A stretch of 64,000 bases of DNA, from assembly GCF_004010195.1 (NCBI RefSeq), contig NC_057718.1:20861664-20925663 (forward strand), read 5' to 3'. The stretch's first letter is position 1. Every line of letters starts with the position of its first letter. The notes below the pieces were generated by a model. That model ran no database searches. It was not told the origin of the DNA and saw nothing but the letters and a program-made list of their open reading frames with translations. The translations under genes were made by a program, and so were the position numbers. Below, piece after piece: positions 28,401-37,365 of the stretch. The DNA comes from Chiloscyllium plagiosum (lineage: Eukaryota).

Positions 28401-31400
28401 GGTTGAATAGGTTAGGGATGTTTTCCCTGGAGCATTTGAGGCTGAGGGGTGACCTTATAAGAGGTTTATAAAATTATGAGGAGCATGGATAGACTCCTCA
28501 TGGATAGACCCCACAAGGTCTTTTCCCTGGGGTGGGGTGAGTCCAGAACCTCAGGCATAGGTTTAGAGTGAAAGGGGCAACTTTTTCACTCAGAGGGTGG
28601 TACGTGTATAGAATGAGCTGCCGGGGAAGTGGTGGAGGCTAATACAATTGCAACATTTAAAAGGCTTGAGTATATGAATAGGAAGGGTTTGGAGAGACAT
28701 GGGCTGGGTGCTTGCAGGTGGGACTAGATTGGGTTGGGATATCTGGTCGGCATGGACGGGTTGGACTGAATGTTCTGTTTCCGTGCTGTACATCTCTATG
28801 ACTCTACTGTAGATTAATGCAAATTACAAAGCAGATCACAGAGATTCAAGAGGTTCCCCGCCGTTATTACGCTGACGAATGGACTCTACATTCAAATAAT
28901 GCTGATCTTACTTCGTGCACCTCCTCAAAGTTTTATCTGTATGCCTCACTCTGTATAAGTACCCTATGATCTGTACATCCTTGCTTGCTATGATCTGCCT
29001 GTACTGCTTGCAAACAAAGCTTTTCACTGTACTTAGGTACATGTGACTACAATAAATCAAATCAACCAGTATATATTATCGAAATAAACACAAAACAGCA
29101 GGAATTAATTCAGTGACCCTTCAGATGTGGCTTTAAGTGCAACTGTTCCTCTTAAATGTACTCTGACATCCCCTAGCAATTAGTTTTATCAAAAAGCTAC
29201 AGTAACACCAAATAATAAAACTTGAATGATCACCTGAGATAAACTAAGGCACTGAAAATGATAAAGGTCAGTTGACCCTGTAAAGTTCTCCTCACTAACA
29301 ACTGGTTGCTTGTGCTCTTGGCAAAGCTATCCCATAGTCAAGACTAGTCAAGTTACAACCTGATAAAGGCATACTCACCAGATCATACTTTACAGCCAGT
29401 CCCAGGATTTTCCAGTGCTATTCCTGGCTAGCAGGGCACCCAGCAGAAATGCTCCCTTTAAGGTGCACAGCTGGGTCTGAGCAGCCACTTAGTGTTCTGA
29501 TGCATTCACTTCCAGCCACTGCTGCACATGGCCCATAGAGGTCTGCACAGCAGCTGGAGAAAATAGAGGAAACCTAACCCAGCAGAGTCAGGAGACAGTG
29601 GTTTGACAATCAACATCAACTCCAGGTCTTATGTGTTTTGTGGTATCCGGTCATATATTGGCAAAGAAATTTCCTACTAATTATCCACCTCTGTTGATGA
29701 ATCAGTGCCCTCCAAGTTGAACACCACTTAGACGAAGCAGAGGGTTGCACACAATATAAGAACTAATCATACAAAATGTGATGTCATCTATTCATTGATC
29801 AATGGAAAGAACGAACAGATATCAACTATTTAAAACTGGGTTACTTCAGGGTAGAACTATGATCAGCAAACAGAATGAACACATGAAAATCCGGAAGAAC
29901 TACAGATGATGGATATCAGAAACAAAAACAAAAATTGATGTACAAGCTCAGCAGGTCTGGCAGTATCTGTGGAGAGAAGTCAGAGTAAATGTTTTGGGTT
30001 CTGAGGAAAGGTCACTGGACACACAACGTTAACTCTGATTTCTCTCCACAGATGCAGGCGGACCTGCTGCGTTTTTCCAGCAATTTCTATTTGTATTTGA
30101 GAATGAATAAATGTATTGTTTTAAGTTAAAAAAGTAAATGCAGGAGAAACTCAGCATGCCTGGCAGCATCTCTGAAGAGAGAAACAGAGTTAACATTTCA
30201 AGCCTGATACAACTCTTGTTTTAAATTGAATAGGGAGGGAAAATACTGTTGACAAAGAAACAGCAGGTGATACAGATGGTGAGGATGCCCAGAATAAATG
30301 ATAAATTAAGTGTTAACGGTGGTAAAGCAGAGTTTGATGTGTAAATTATGCATGAATGATAGGTGTGTAAAGGATAAAAGGGTAAAGAGCAAAGCCAACA
30401 AAATACAAACAAGATACAGCAGGGTAGGGGTTGTAATCAAAATAAAACTCAGCTTATGCTCTGGAGTTGTTGGACTCAATTTTGAAACTTAGAAATTACC
30501 TAAATAGTCAATGAGGTTCTGTTATTAGACCTGGTGATGAGTTGCATGGGAGCAAGGTGGTAATCTCAGTTACCCAGTATGAAACTGGAAACATCTTAAC
30601 TGTTTTTTGCTCCATAGATGCAGCCAAGTTTCTCCAGTATTTTCTGTTTTTATTTCAGATTTCTAGCATCTGTATTTTACTCTTAATTGCATGAATTGTA
30701 TGATTGGCTCTTCCTCCAATCCTCTTCAAAGGGGGAAAGCCTTGGCACGACTAAGCTCAATAATCTACTCTTTAATAGAAATAGTTCTAATAATCTTACA
30801 TCTTATCACTCTACACTACTGCTACAGGTCTCCAAATTTATTTTAATTACTATATGCAACACAAATGGTAAGCCTCCCGCCCACATGCCATCTTAATAAC
30901 ATTAAAGATTTCAAAATGATGTTTCTGCTCATGAAACAAACTAATTGAAAACAATACTCTAAAGTACAATTAATTAATACTAAAAAAAAGATGCCATCAG
31001 TTTACAGGCAGAAGTGTTCCTGGGTGTCCAGTCATCATTGTGACACAAGTTCCCTTGGACAGCATAGTCACAAGGTCGTCAAGTTGTCACCCAAGTTGTG
31101 TGTGAATAAAGAATAAGGGGAAATTGGACTTACCAAAAGATAAGTACTGGTATCCAGTTTTCTCTTGTACCCTGGAAGATCAAAAGAATTGATCAAATAT
31201 ATATCATGTAAAACATATTTTAACAGGAACTTTTTAAGTGGTTTAAATACTTTAGAACAAATATCTTTAACATGTCATGAAAAACTCATGATTGAATGGG
31301 AAGAATTTTTATTGTAGTACTGGATTTTCCCAAATGGAAACTCCTTTATATGCTTCAAAGCAAGTTGTAATGTTGCATATTGAAAACATCAACTCTGCAC

Positions 31401-34400
31401 TTCCTGTTTTAGAATAGTAGCCAAAAAAAACTGAATGAAAGCAACGGGGATTATAAAGATGAGTGTGGATGTAGGTTTGCTTGCTGAGCTGCAAGGTTCG
31501 TTTTCAGATGTTTCGTCACCTTACTGGGTAACAACAGTGAGCCTCTGGATGAAGCACTGGTGGCATGGCCTGCTTTCTATTTATGTGTTTAGGTTTCCTT
31601 GGGTTGGTGATGTCCAGCAGGTAAACATATACTTCAAAGCAATAATATTAGCATCTTTATTAATGCAGATGCCACAATAAGCAGCATATGGGGGAGGTGA
31701 TTAACTATGGAATTATCGCTAGACTAATAATCCAGAAAGTCAGCTAATGTTTTGGGATTCTGGGTTTGAATTCCAACATGACAGATAGTGGAATTTGAAT
31801 TCAATAAGAAATATCTGGAATTAGAAAATCTACCGATGACTATGAAACTACTGTTGACACAGTCAGAAAAAAAACCCATCGGGCTCACTAATATACTTCA
31901 GGAAATCTGCCTTGCTTACTTTGTCTGGTCTACATGTAACTCCAGACCCACAGCAATGTGGTTGACTCTCAAATGGCTTAGCAAGCCACTCAGTTGTATC
32001 AATCACTACAAAGTCTCAACAAAGAAATTTTCAAATTGAATGGCTGCAATAATAAGCGGCATCTAAACAGTCTGGTAATTTTATCCTTAATTTTTTTACA
32101 AAATCCTTAAGGAGTTATGATCAGTTATATACAATTGTCTCAGACACACGACAGGCAATATAAATGCTGAAATGTTGCAACATCAACATCAGGTCTCCTT
32201 CTCAATTGTGGAATATTTCTGTTGATAATTATTCAATTTTGTGGCAAAATTGCCAATAGGCCTTTTTATATTCTTATCTTCTTGCAAGAATACATGCATT
32301 GATGCTCACATCACTCACATTGATCATCACCTTGAATAGCTTTGCATTGTTAGGTTTTGCTAACACTAGGGCAGTGGTTAACACAGCTTTCAGGCTGTCA
32401 AATGTTTTCTGACATTCCTCTGTCCACTGGTATTTACTGCACTTCTTCAACAAGTTAGTCAGTGGAGCAAACACACTGATAAAATTTGGTATGAATATCC
32501 CATTAAAACCACTCAGTCCCAGGAATCATAGTACTGCTCTTTTCGTTGAAGATATGGGAAACTCCTCAATAACCTTTGTTTTCACATCCAAAGGAGCCAA
32601 TTTTCCATGTCAGAAACGGTCCTGTCAACTCTGCAAAGTCTTCCTACTAACATCTGGGGGCTAGTGCCAAGATTGAGATAGCTGACTCACAGACTAGTCA
32701 CATTCACAGAATCATAACTTACAATGCTCCAGACACCATCACCACTCTGGATGTAGGCTTGTTTGCTGAGTTGGAAGATTCTCAAAATCCACTACGCTTG
32801 ATCAGTAGTGTTGCTGTCAAGCCATTCTTGGTATCTGCATCCTTGTTACCTTTAGTACTTTCTCTAAGTACTGTTCAACAGGGAGGACTATTGATTCATC
32901 AGCTGAGGGAGGATGGTACGTGGTAATCAGTAGGAGGTTTCTTTGCCCAAGTTTATTCTGAAATCATGAGACGTCCTGGAGTCCAAAGTCAATATTGAGG
33001 ACTCCCAGGGCATCTTCCTCCAACTGTAAATCATCGTGCCTGCCACCTCTGCTGGGTCTATCGTGCCGGTGGGATAGGACACAAAGTGGCGAGGGTATTA
33101 GTGTGTTTTGAGAAGATTTGTACCTCAGGTTGATGTTCTGGATGTTGGTTTGCTCACTGAGCTGGAAGGTTCATTTCCAGATGTTTTGTCACCATACTAG
33201 GTAACATCTTCAGTGGACCTCCAGGTGAAGTACTGCTGATAATTCCTGCTTTCTATTTATATGTTTGGGTTTCTTTGGGTTGGTGATGTCATTTCCTGGG
33301 GTGAAGTCACTTCCTGTTCTTTTTCTCAGGGGGTGGTAGATGGGATCTAACTTGATGTGTTTGTTGATAGAGTTCCGGTTGGAATGCCATGCTTCTAGGA
33401 ATTCTTGTGCATGTCTCTGTTTGGCTTGTCCAGACTACTCAGACCCTTTGGCATTATGGTAGCCCACAAACCCACCAACACACTAAAACAGCAGCTAATG
33501 AGTTTGAAAGACCCTATACAGACAATAAACAAAACTAATGTCATTTACAAAATACCGTACAAGAACTGTAACAAACACTACAGTGGACAGACAGAAAACT
33601 AGCCACCAGGATACATGAACAACAACTATCCACAAAACAACATGACCCTCTCTCACTAGTATCCTGACATACAGATGAGAAAGGACACCACTTCAACTGA
33701 GACAACACATCCATTCTAGGACAAGGCAATCAGAGACACGCACAAGAATTCCTAGAAGCATGGCATTCCAACCGGAACTCGATCAATGAAGATGTTACCT
33801 AGTAGGGTGATGAAACATCTGGAAATGAATCTTCCAACTCAGCGAACAAACCTACATCCAGAGTGGTGATGGTGTCTGGAGCATTGTAAGTTACGATTCT
33901 GTGAATATGACTAGACTCTGAGTCAGCTATCTCAATATTGGCACTAGCCCCCAGATGTTAGTAGAAAGACTTTGCAGGGTTGACAGGACCGTTTCTGACA
34001 TGGAAAATTGGCTCCTTTGGATGTGAAAACAAAGGTTATTGAGGAGTTTCCCATATCATCAATGAAAAGAGCAGTACTGTGATTCTTGGGACTGAGTGGT
34101 TTTAATGGGACATTCATACCAAATTTTAGCAGTGTGTTTGCTCCACTAATTCGTTTAAGCAGTAAATATCAGTGGACGGAGGAATCTCAGAAAACATTTG
34201 ACAGCCTGAAAACTGTGTTAAGCACTGCCCTAGTGTTGACAAAACCTATCAACAAACACATCGAGTTAGACCCCCATCTACCACCCCCTGAGAAAAAGAA
34301 CTGGAAATGACATCACCAATCCAAAGAATCCCAAACACAAATAGAAAGCAGAAATTATCAGCAGTGCTTCGCCTGAGGCCCAGTGAAGATGTTACCTAGT

Positions 34401-36036
34401 AGGGTGATGAAACATCTGGAATTGAACCTGCCAGCTCAGCGAGCAAACCTACATCCAGAACTGATCAAGCTGGCTGGATCCTAAAGGACATAACTGTTAG
34501 ACAGGTGGTCAAGGAACCACTAAGAGGGAAAAACATACTTGACTTCATCCATACCAATTTTGCCGGCTACAGACAGTATTGCTAAGAGTGACCACTGCAC
34601 AATCCTTGTGGACACTAAGTCCCAGCTTCACATTCAGAATGGCTCCCCGTCATGTTGTGAGACACTGTCATTGCTATTTGAGACAGACTTTGAACAGATC
34701 TAGCAACTCAAGACTGGGCATCCATGAGGCTCTATGGGCCATCAACAGCAGCAGAATTGTACTCCAGCAGAATCTGCAACTTCATGATCTGACAAATCCT
34801 CACTCAAACATTACCATCAAGCCAGGGTATCACCCCTGGGTCAATGAAGGCTCAGAAAGAATTGCCAGGAGCAACATCAGGCGCACCTAACATTAATGTA
34901 TCAACCTGGTGAAGGTACCAAACAGGACTACCTGCATGCCAAACAGCAGAAGCAGCAAATGATTGACAGAGGTACTCAATCCCACAACCAACGGATCAGA
35001 CCTAAGCTCTGGAGTCCTGCCACATCGTGAATGGTGGTGGACAATTAAACAACTCACTGGAGGCAGCTGCTCCACAATGGTAGAAGAGCCCAACACTTTA
35101 ATGCAAAAGATAAGGCTGAAGCATTCGTAGCAATCTTCAGCTAGAAGTGCCAAGTGGATGACCATCTCAGCCTTTGCCAGTGGTCCCCAGCATTATGCAG
35201 ACCAATCTTCAGCCAATTTGCTCACTTCATGTGATATCAAGAAACAGTTATGGGCACTGTCAACATACCGGCAATCGTACTAAAACCTTGTGCTAGAGAA
35301 CCTGCTGCTCCTTCATCAAGCTCTACAGGTACATTACGACAGTGGCATCTACCTGACAGTGGAAAATTGCCATCGAAAAATGTGGTGCTGGAAAAGCACA
35401 GCTGGTCAGGCAGCATCTAAGGAGCAGGAGAGTTGATGTTTCGAGCATAAGTTTATCAGGAATGGCAGGGGGACTGAAGGAGGCTGAGAGATAAATGAAA
35501 GGGGGGAGAAGGTAGCTGGGAATGTAATAGGTACATGGTGGTGGAGGATAATGGTGATAGATTGGACAAGAAGATAGAGCGGATAGGTGGGATTCGAAAT
35601 GGACAGGTAGGACAGATCAAGAGGGCGGTGCCAAGGCAAGGAATGGCGTTTTTCTTAGTGCCCTACCCCTCTCCATTCCCCCCAATCTCCCCATCCCCAT
35701 TCCCCAAAACCCCCCTCCCCATTCCCCCAATCCCAGTCCCCCCTCCACATTCTCCCTACCTCCCTCCCCATCTTCCCGCACCCCCCCAAATCCAATCCAA
35801 TCCAATCCAATCCATTCCGTTCTCTGACCTTGCCCCAGTGGCCGCTCCCCCTCACCTTCCTCCTCCGCCTCCTTCACATTCACCACATCCACCGCTACCA
35901 TGTCCGGCTTGTCCAGGCCACTGCCGAACGGGAAGACCTTCCTCTCGGTCACCCCCGAGGGCACCACATCGGGCTTGGGCCCGAATTTACGGGGGTAATA
36001 GTCCCCGCTCAGATACCGAGACGTGTCCTCCGCCAT
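4316..36036 (-). CDS. slc30a6: Zinc transporter 6 (ZnT6), 5' part of a spliced gene; continues beyond the left edge
   Basis: Exons 35856-36036 (or from ATG 35901), 31134-31171, remnant 10784-10793 and 4316-4400 have compatible phases and read MVAVDVVNVKEAEEEGYKRKLDTSTYLL..DRR/SWKILLFGLLNLICTGFLLMWCSSTNSM, matching recalled vertebrate ZnT6 N-terminus and TM1. Confidence 0.93.
5897..6580 (-). mobile_element. Penelope-like element, 3' part (RT thumb/linker and terminal repeat), contains an N gap
   Basis: DQILNYESNHPNTRKRSCIKTLFKRATTH..NGYPRNFI..TLPYIKNISE; terminal repeat also seen at 10368-10592. Confidence 0.88.
5966..6008 (-). ncRNA. Minimal type-I hammerhead ribozyme motif (Penelope terminal repeat)
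   Basis: gca-CTGAGGA-t-gtcacc-tagaca-ggggac-GAAA-CG-TT-tgc: intact core, stem II, 3-bp stem I. Confidence 0.75.
7685..7985 (+). mobile_element. tRNA-derived SINE
   Basis: A/B-box head (..GGGTTCAATTCC), body shared with the copies at 10794-10931 and 37090-37365. Confidence 0.85.
10368..10592 (-). mobile_element. Penelope terminal-repeat fragment with decayed hammerhead motif
   Basis: Near copy of 5897-6125. Confidence 0.8.
10784..10793 (-). CDS. slc30a6: 3' remnant of ZnT6 exon 3 (..DRR|gtaagt), joined to a SINE
   Basis: T GAT AGG CGG|gtaagtac; ZnT6 reads ..ADRR immediately before SWKILLFG. Confidence 0.7.
10794..10931 (-). mobile_element. 3'-truncated tRNA-SINE, CpG-rich and probably young
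   Basis: GGGCGGCACGGTGGCACAGTGGTTAGCACTGCTGCC..GGGTTCAGTTCCC head; stops abruptly at GGGTGCTCC. Confidence 0.9.
14040..15550 (-). mobile_element. Old degenerate Penelope-like element
   Basis: LPFLDFTVSIS..STNIH..SYLD RT-thumb-like peptide, with many stops and frameshifts. Confidence 0.6.
17170..17985 (-). mobile_element. Degenerate CR1 LINE 3' fragment
   Basis: Similar to other CR1 RT C-terminal/3'UTR fragments in the window. Confidence 0.65.
18570..19975 (-). mobile_element. Penelope-like element (GIY-YIG region plus terminal repeat) with internal tandem duplication, inserted in an older LINE fragment
   Basis: FTCTSTNVIYCI..LAERFREHL..VAEHF..DMQVLGL peptide; a LINE-like host resumes on both sides (~18315-18540 and ~19975-20720). 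Confidence 0.85.
23709..25835 (-). mobile_element. 5'-truncated CR1 LINE, interrupted by a solo LTR
   Basis: SQHG..GRLCLTNLIEFFE..VDVVYVDFSKAFDKV and MEFNAEKCEVIHF RT motifs; 3' tail near 23710. Confidence 0.9.
24262..25119 (+). mobile_element. Solo LTR, 858 bp
   Basis: TG..CA termini, 4-bp TSD GCAT (24258-24261 and 25120-25123), TATAAA at 24813, AATAAA at 24973; CR1 sequence is continuous across it. Confidence 0.85.
25900..25941 (+). ncRNA. Minimal hammerhead ribozyme motif
   Basis: ttca-CTGATGA-t-gttacc-tagcat-ggtgat-GAAA-CA-TC-tgaa; 4-bp stem I, 6-bp stem II with G-U pairs. Confidence 0.72.
28180..28805 (+). mobile_element. CR1 LINE 3' fragment
   Basis: RT C-terminus-like sequence and 3'UTR shared with 44690-45030 and 21165-21400. 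Confidence 0.8.
31134..31171 (-). CDS. slc30a6: ZnT6 coding exon 2 (38 nt, GYKRKLDTSTYLL)
   Basis: ttccag| acceptor and |gtaagt donor; phase 1 to 0 fits exon 1; resembles recalled fish ZnT6 N-terminal segment. Confidence 0.8.
32265..32610 (-). mobile_element. Gypsy/Ty3 pol fragment (RT-RNase H connection)
   Basis: FAPLTNLLKK..YQWTEECQKTFDSLKAVLTTALVLAKP..FKVMINVSD peptide. Confidence 0.8.
33105..34462 (+). mobile_element. Rearranged Penelope-like insertion: inverted 3' segment, GIY-YIG fragment, captured flank and terminal repeat
   Basis: RLLRPFGIMVAHKPTNTLKQQL..NVIYKIP peptide; terminal repeats in both orientations. Confidence 0.85.
34470..35372 (+). mobile_element. Degenerate LINE fragment (endonuclease-RT linker)
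   Basis: LRQVVKEPLRGKNILD-like start; related to the minus-strand fragment at ~37560-39140. Confidence 0.6.
35790..35815 (+). repeat. (TCCAA)n microsatellite next to a C-rich low-complexity tract
   Basis: Directly visible. Confidence 0.85.
35856..36036 (-). CDS. slc30a6: ZnT6 coding exon 1
   Basis: CpG-rich; CAAGATGGCGG start at 36036; second in-frame ATG at 35901 (MVAVDV, similar to recalled fish MVALDV); donor GAAG|gtgagg, phase 1. Confidence 0.85.
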
Positions 36037-36970
36037 CTTGCTCCGCGGCCGCCGGCTCGGTCCAGCCCCGCCCACGTCAAGGACCATTAAAGCTGGACCC
36101 CTGTCACCAGCACCATCTCAATTAAACAAGAAATAAAACCCTTCCGTACAGCGGGTAAAAACCTTATATACCCAAAATACCATCATCCCGAAATACATTA
36201 ATGCTTACTTCTTCACTCATCACTTTATGGTCTATAGATAGAAAATGTGTAGATGTGGGAACATTTCCTTTAACACATATCACTGTTTATGTAATAATTC
36301 TTCAGTTCACTCGGAAATTCGACAGTTTGCTAATTGGCAGGTACAAGATAGAACAACCATCAAACTTACAGTATTTCTCGGTTTCCCAAAAAAAATTCGC
36401 CTCCAATTGTAAATAATGAATCTAGAGGGATTTTGTAAAGTATACAGCCGCAAATGATAAGTATTTCAAAATTACTTTGAGGGAGTTGAATTGAATTTAT
36501 TGTCACGTGTACCGAGGCACCGTGAAAAGCTATGTCTTGCTAGCAATACAGGCAGACCACAGAATTAAATAGTGCAAAGGTAAGTTCGTTCGAACTAGAT
36601 TTAAAAAAAACTTTTAGGACTGTCAACAGGATGTTCATCTATTTGCAAAGAGTGTTGGGATCCTATTTTGTAACCTAAAAACATTGATGAAACTGTTCTG
36701 CGTTGAAGTAAGACATTTTATGGCTGAGATAATGTTAAAATATTAACGATGGAGGTGACTTTTATTTTTCATAAACAGTGATACGGGATCAGCTACAATA
36801 AGTTGACAAAAAGTCCCAACAAAGTTGCGGTGGGGTACAAGCCACTGAGAAAGGAGCAGGGAACTCGAAACAGTGCAAACACGTTTAGAGGCGGTACGGT
36901 GTCCCGTACGGCGAGGGAGTGAAGTACGCAGACTCAGGATCCATCCGGGGCTCGGGTCACTTTCAAAGGT
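36037..36970. promoter_or_regulatory. Divergent promoter region between slc30a6 and cebpzos
   Basis: Two CpG-rich patches (~35850-36090 and ~36880-37100) flank ~0.8 kb; GC box GCCCCGCCC at 36065-36073 overlaps CCACGTCA (TGACGTGG on minus) at 36072-36079. Confidence 0.65.
36900..36968 (+). other. cebpzos: Probable non-coding first exon of cebpzos (start approximate)
   Basis: CpG-rich segment ending in a consensus donor AAG|gtgagt at 36968/36969; the first coding exon has an acceptor 1 nt before its ATG, so an upstream UTR exon is required. Confidence 0.6.
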
Positions 36971-37089
36971 GAGTGACGCGCTTAACGAAGGTGCTCACGA
37001 GGACAGGACATTACTCTCGGCTTTTGGTATTCGTCATCGTGCCGGCGGCTGACTAATCAGGGTTCACCGTCTCCGGGTAGGGTCCCGGC

Positions 37090-37365
37090 GCTGAGGCCAT
37101 TTGGCCCATTGAGTCAGCAATAACCCTACAAAAACATCCCACCGGAAGCTCCCACCCTATCTTCTCCCCTGAGTAATTGCGTCGCGTGTAACCTCACATC
37201 TACTATGGCTAATCTCCGTAGTCTGCATGTCATTGAACTGTGGCAGGAAACCCACACAAAAAGAGGTGGGAGAGATCGTGCAGATTCAATTCGGTCATCC
37301 AAGGCTGGAATCGAACCTGAGTTCCTGGCGCTGGGAAGTAGCAGTACTGACCACTGTGCCACCCA
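37090..37365 (-). mobile_element. Diverged tRNA-SINE
   Basis: GGTGGCACAGTGGTCAGTACTGC..GGTTCGATTCC head on the minus strand. Confidence 0.75.

Noticed and set aside
35983..36006. ZNF143-like motif (GACTATTACCCCCG) typical of bidirectional promoters
   Set aside because: Imperfect match to ACTAYRNNNCCCR; too weak to call.
35535..36125. 196-aa proline-rich plus-strand ORF
   Set aside because: Antisense shadow of the slc30a6 GC-rich exon 1 and C-rich low-complexity intron; starts inside a Penelope repeat.
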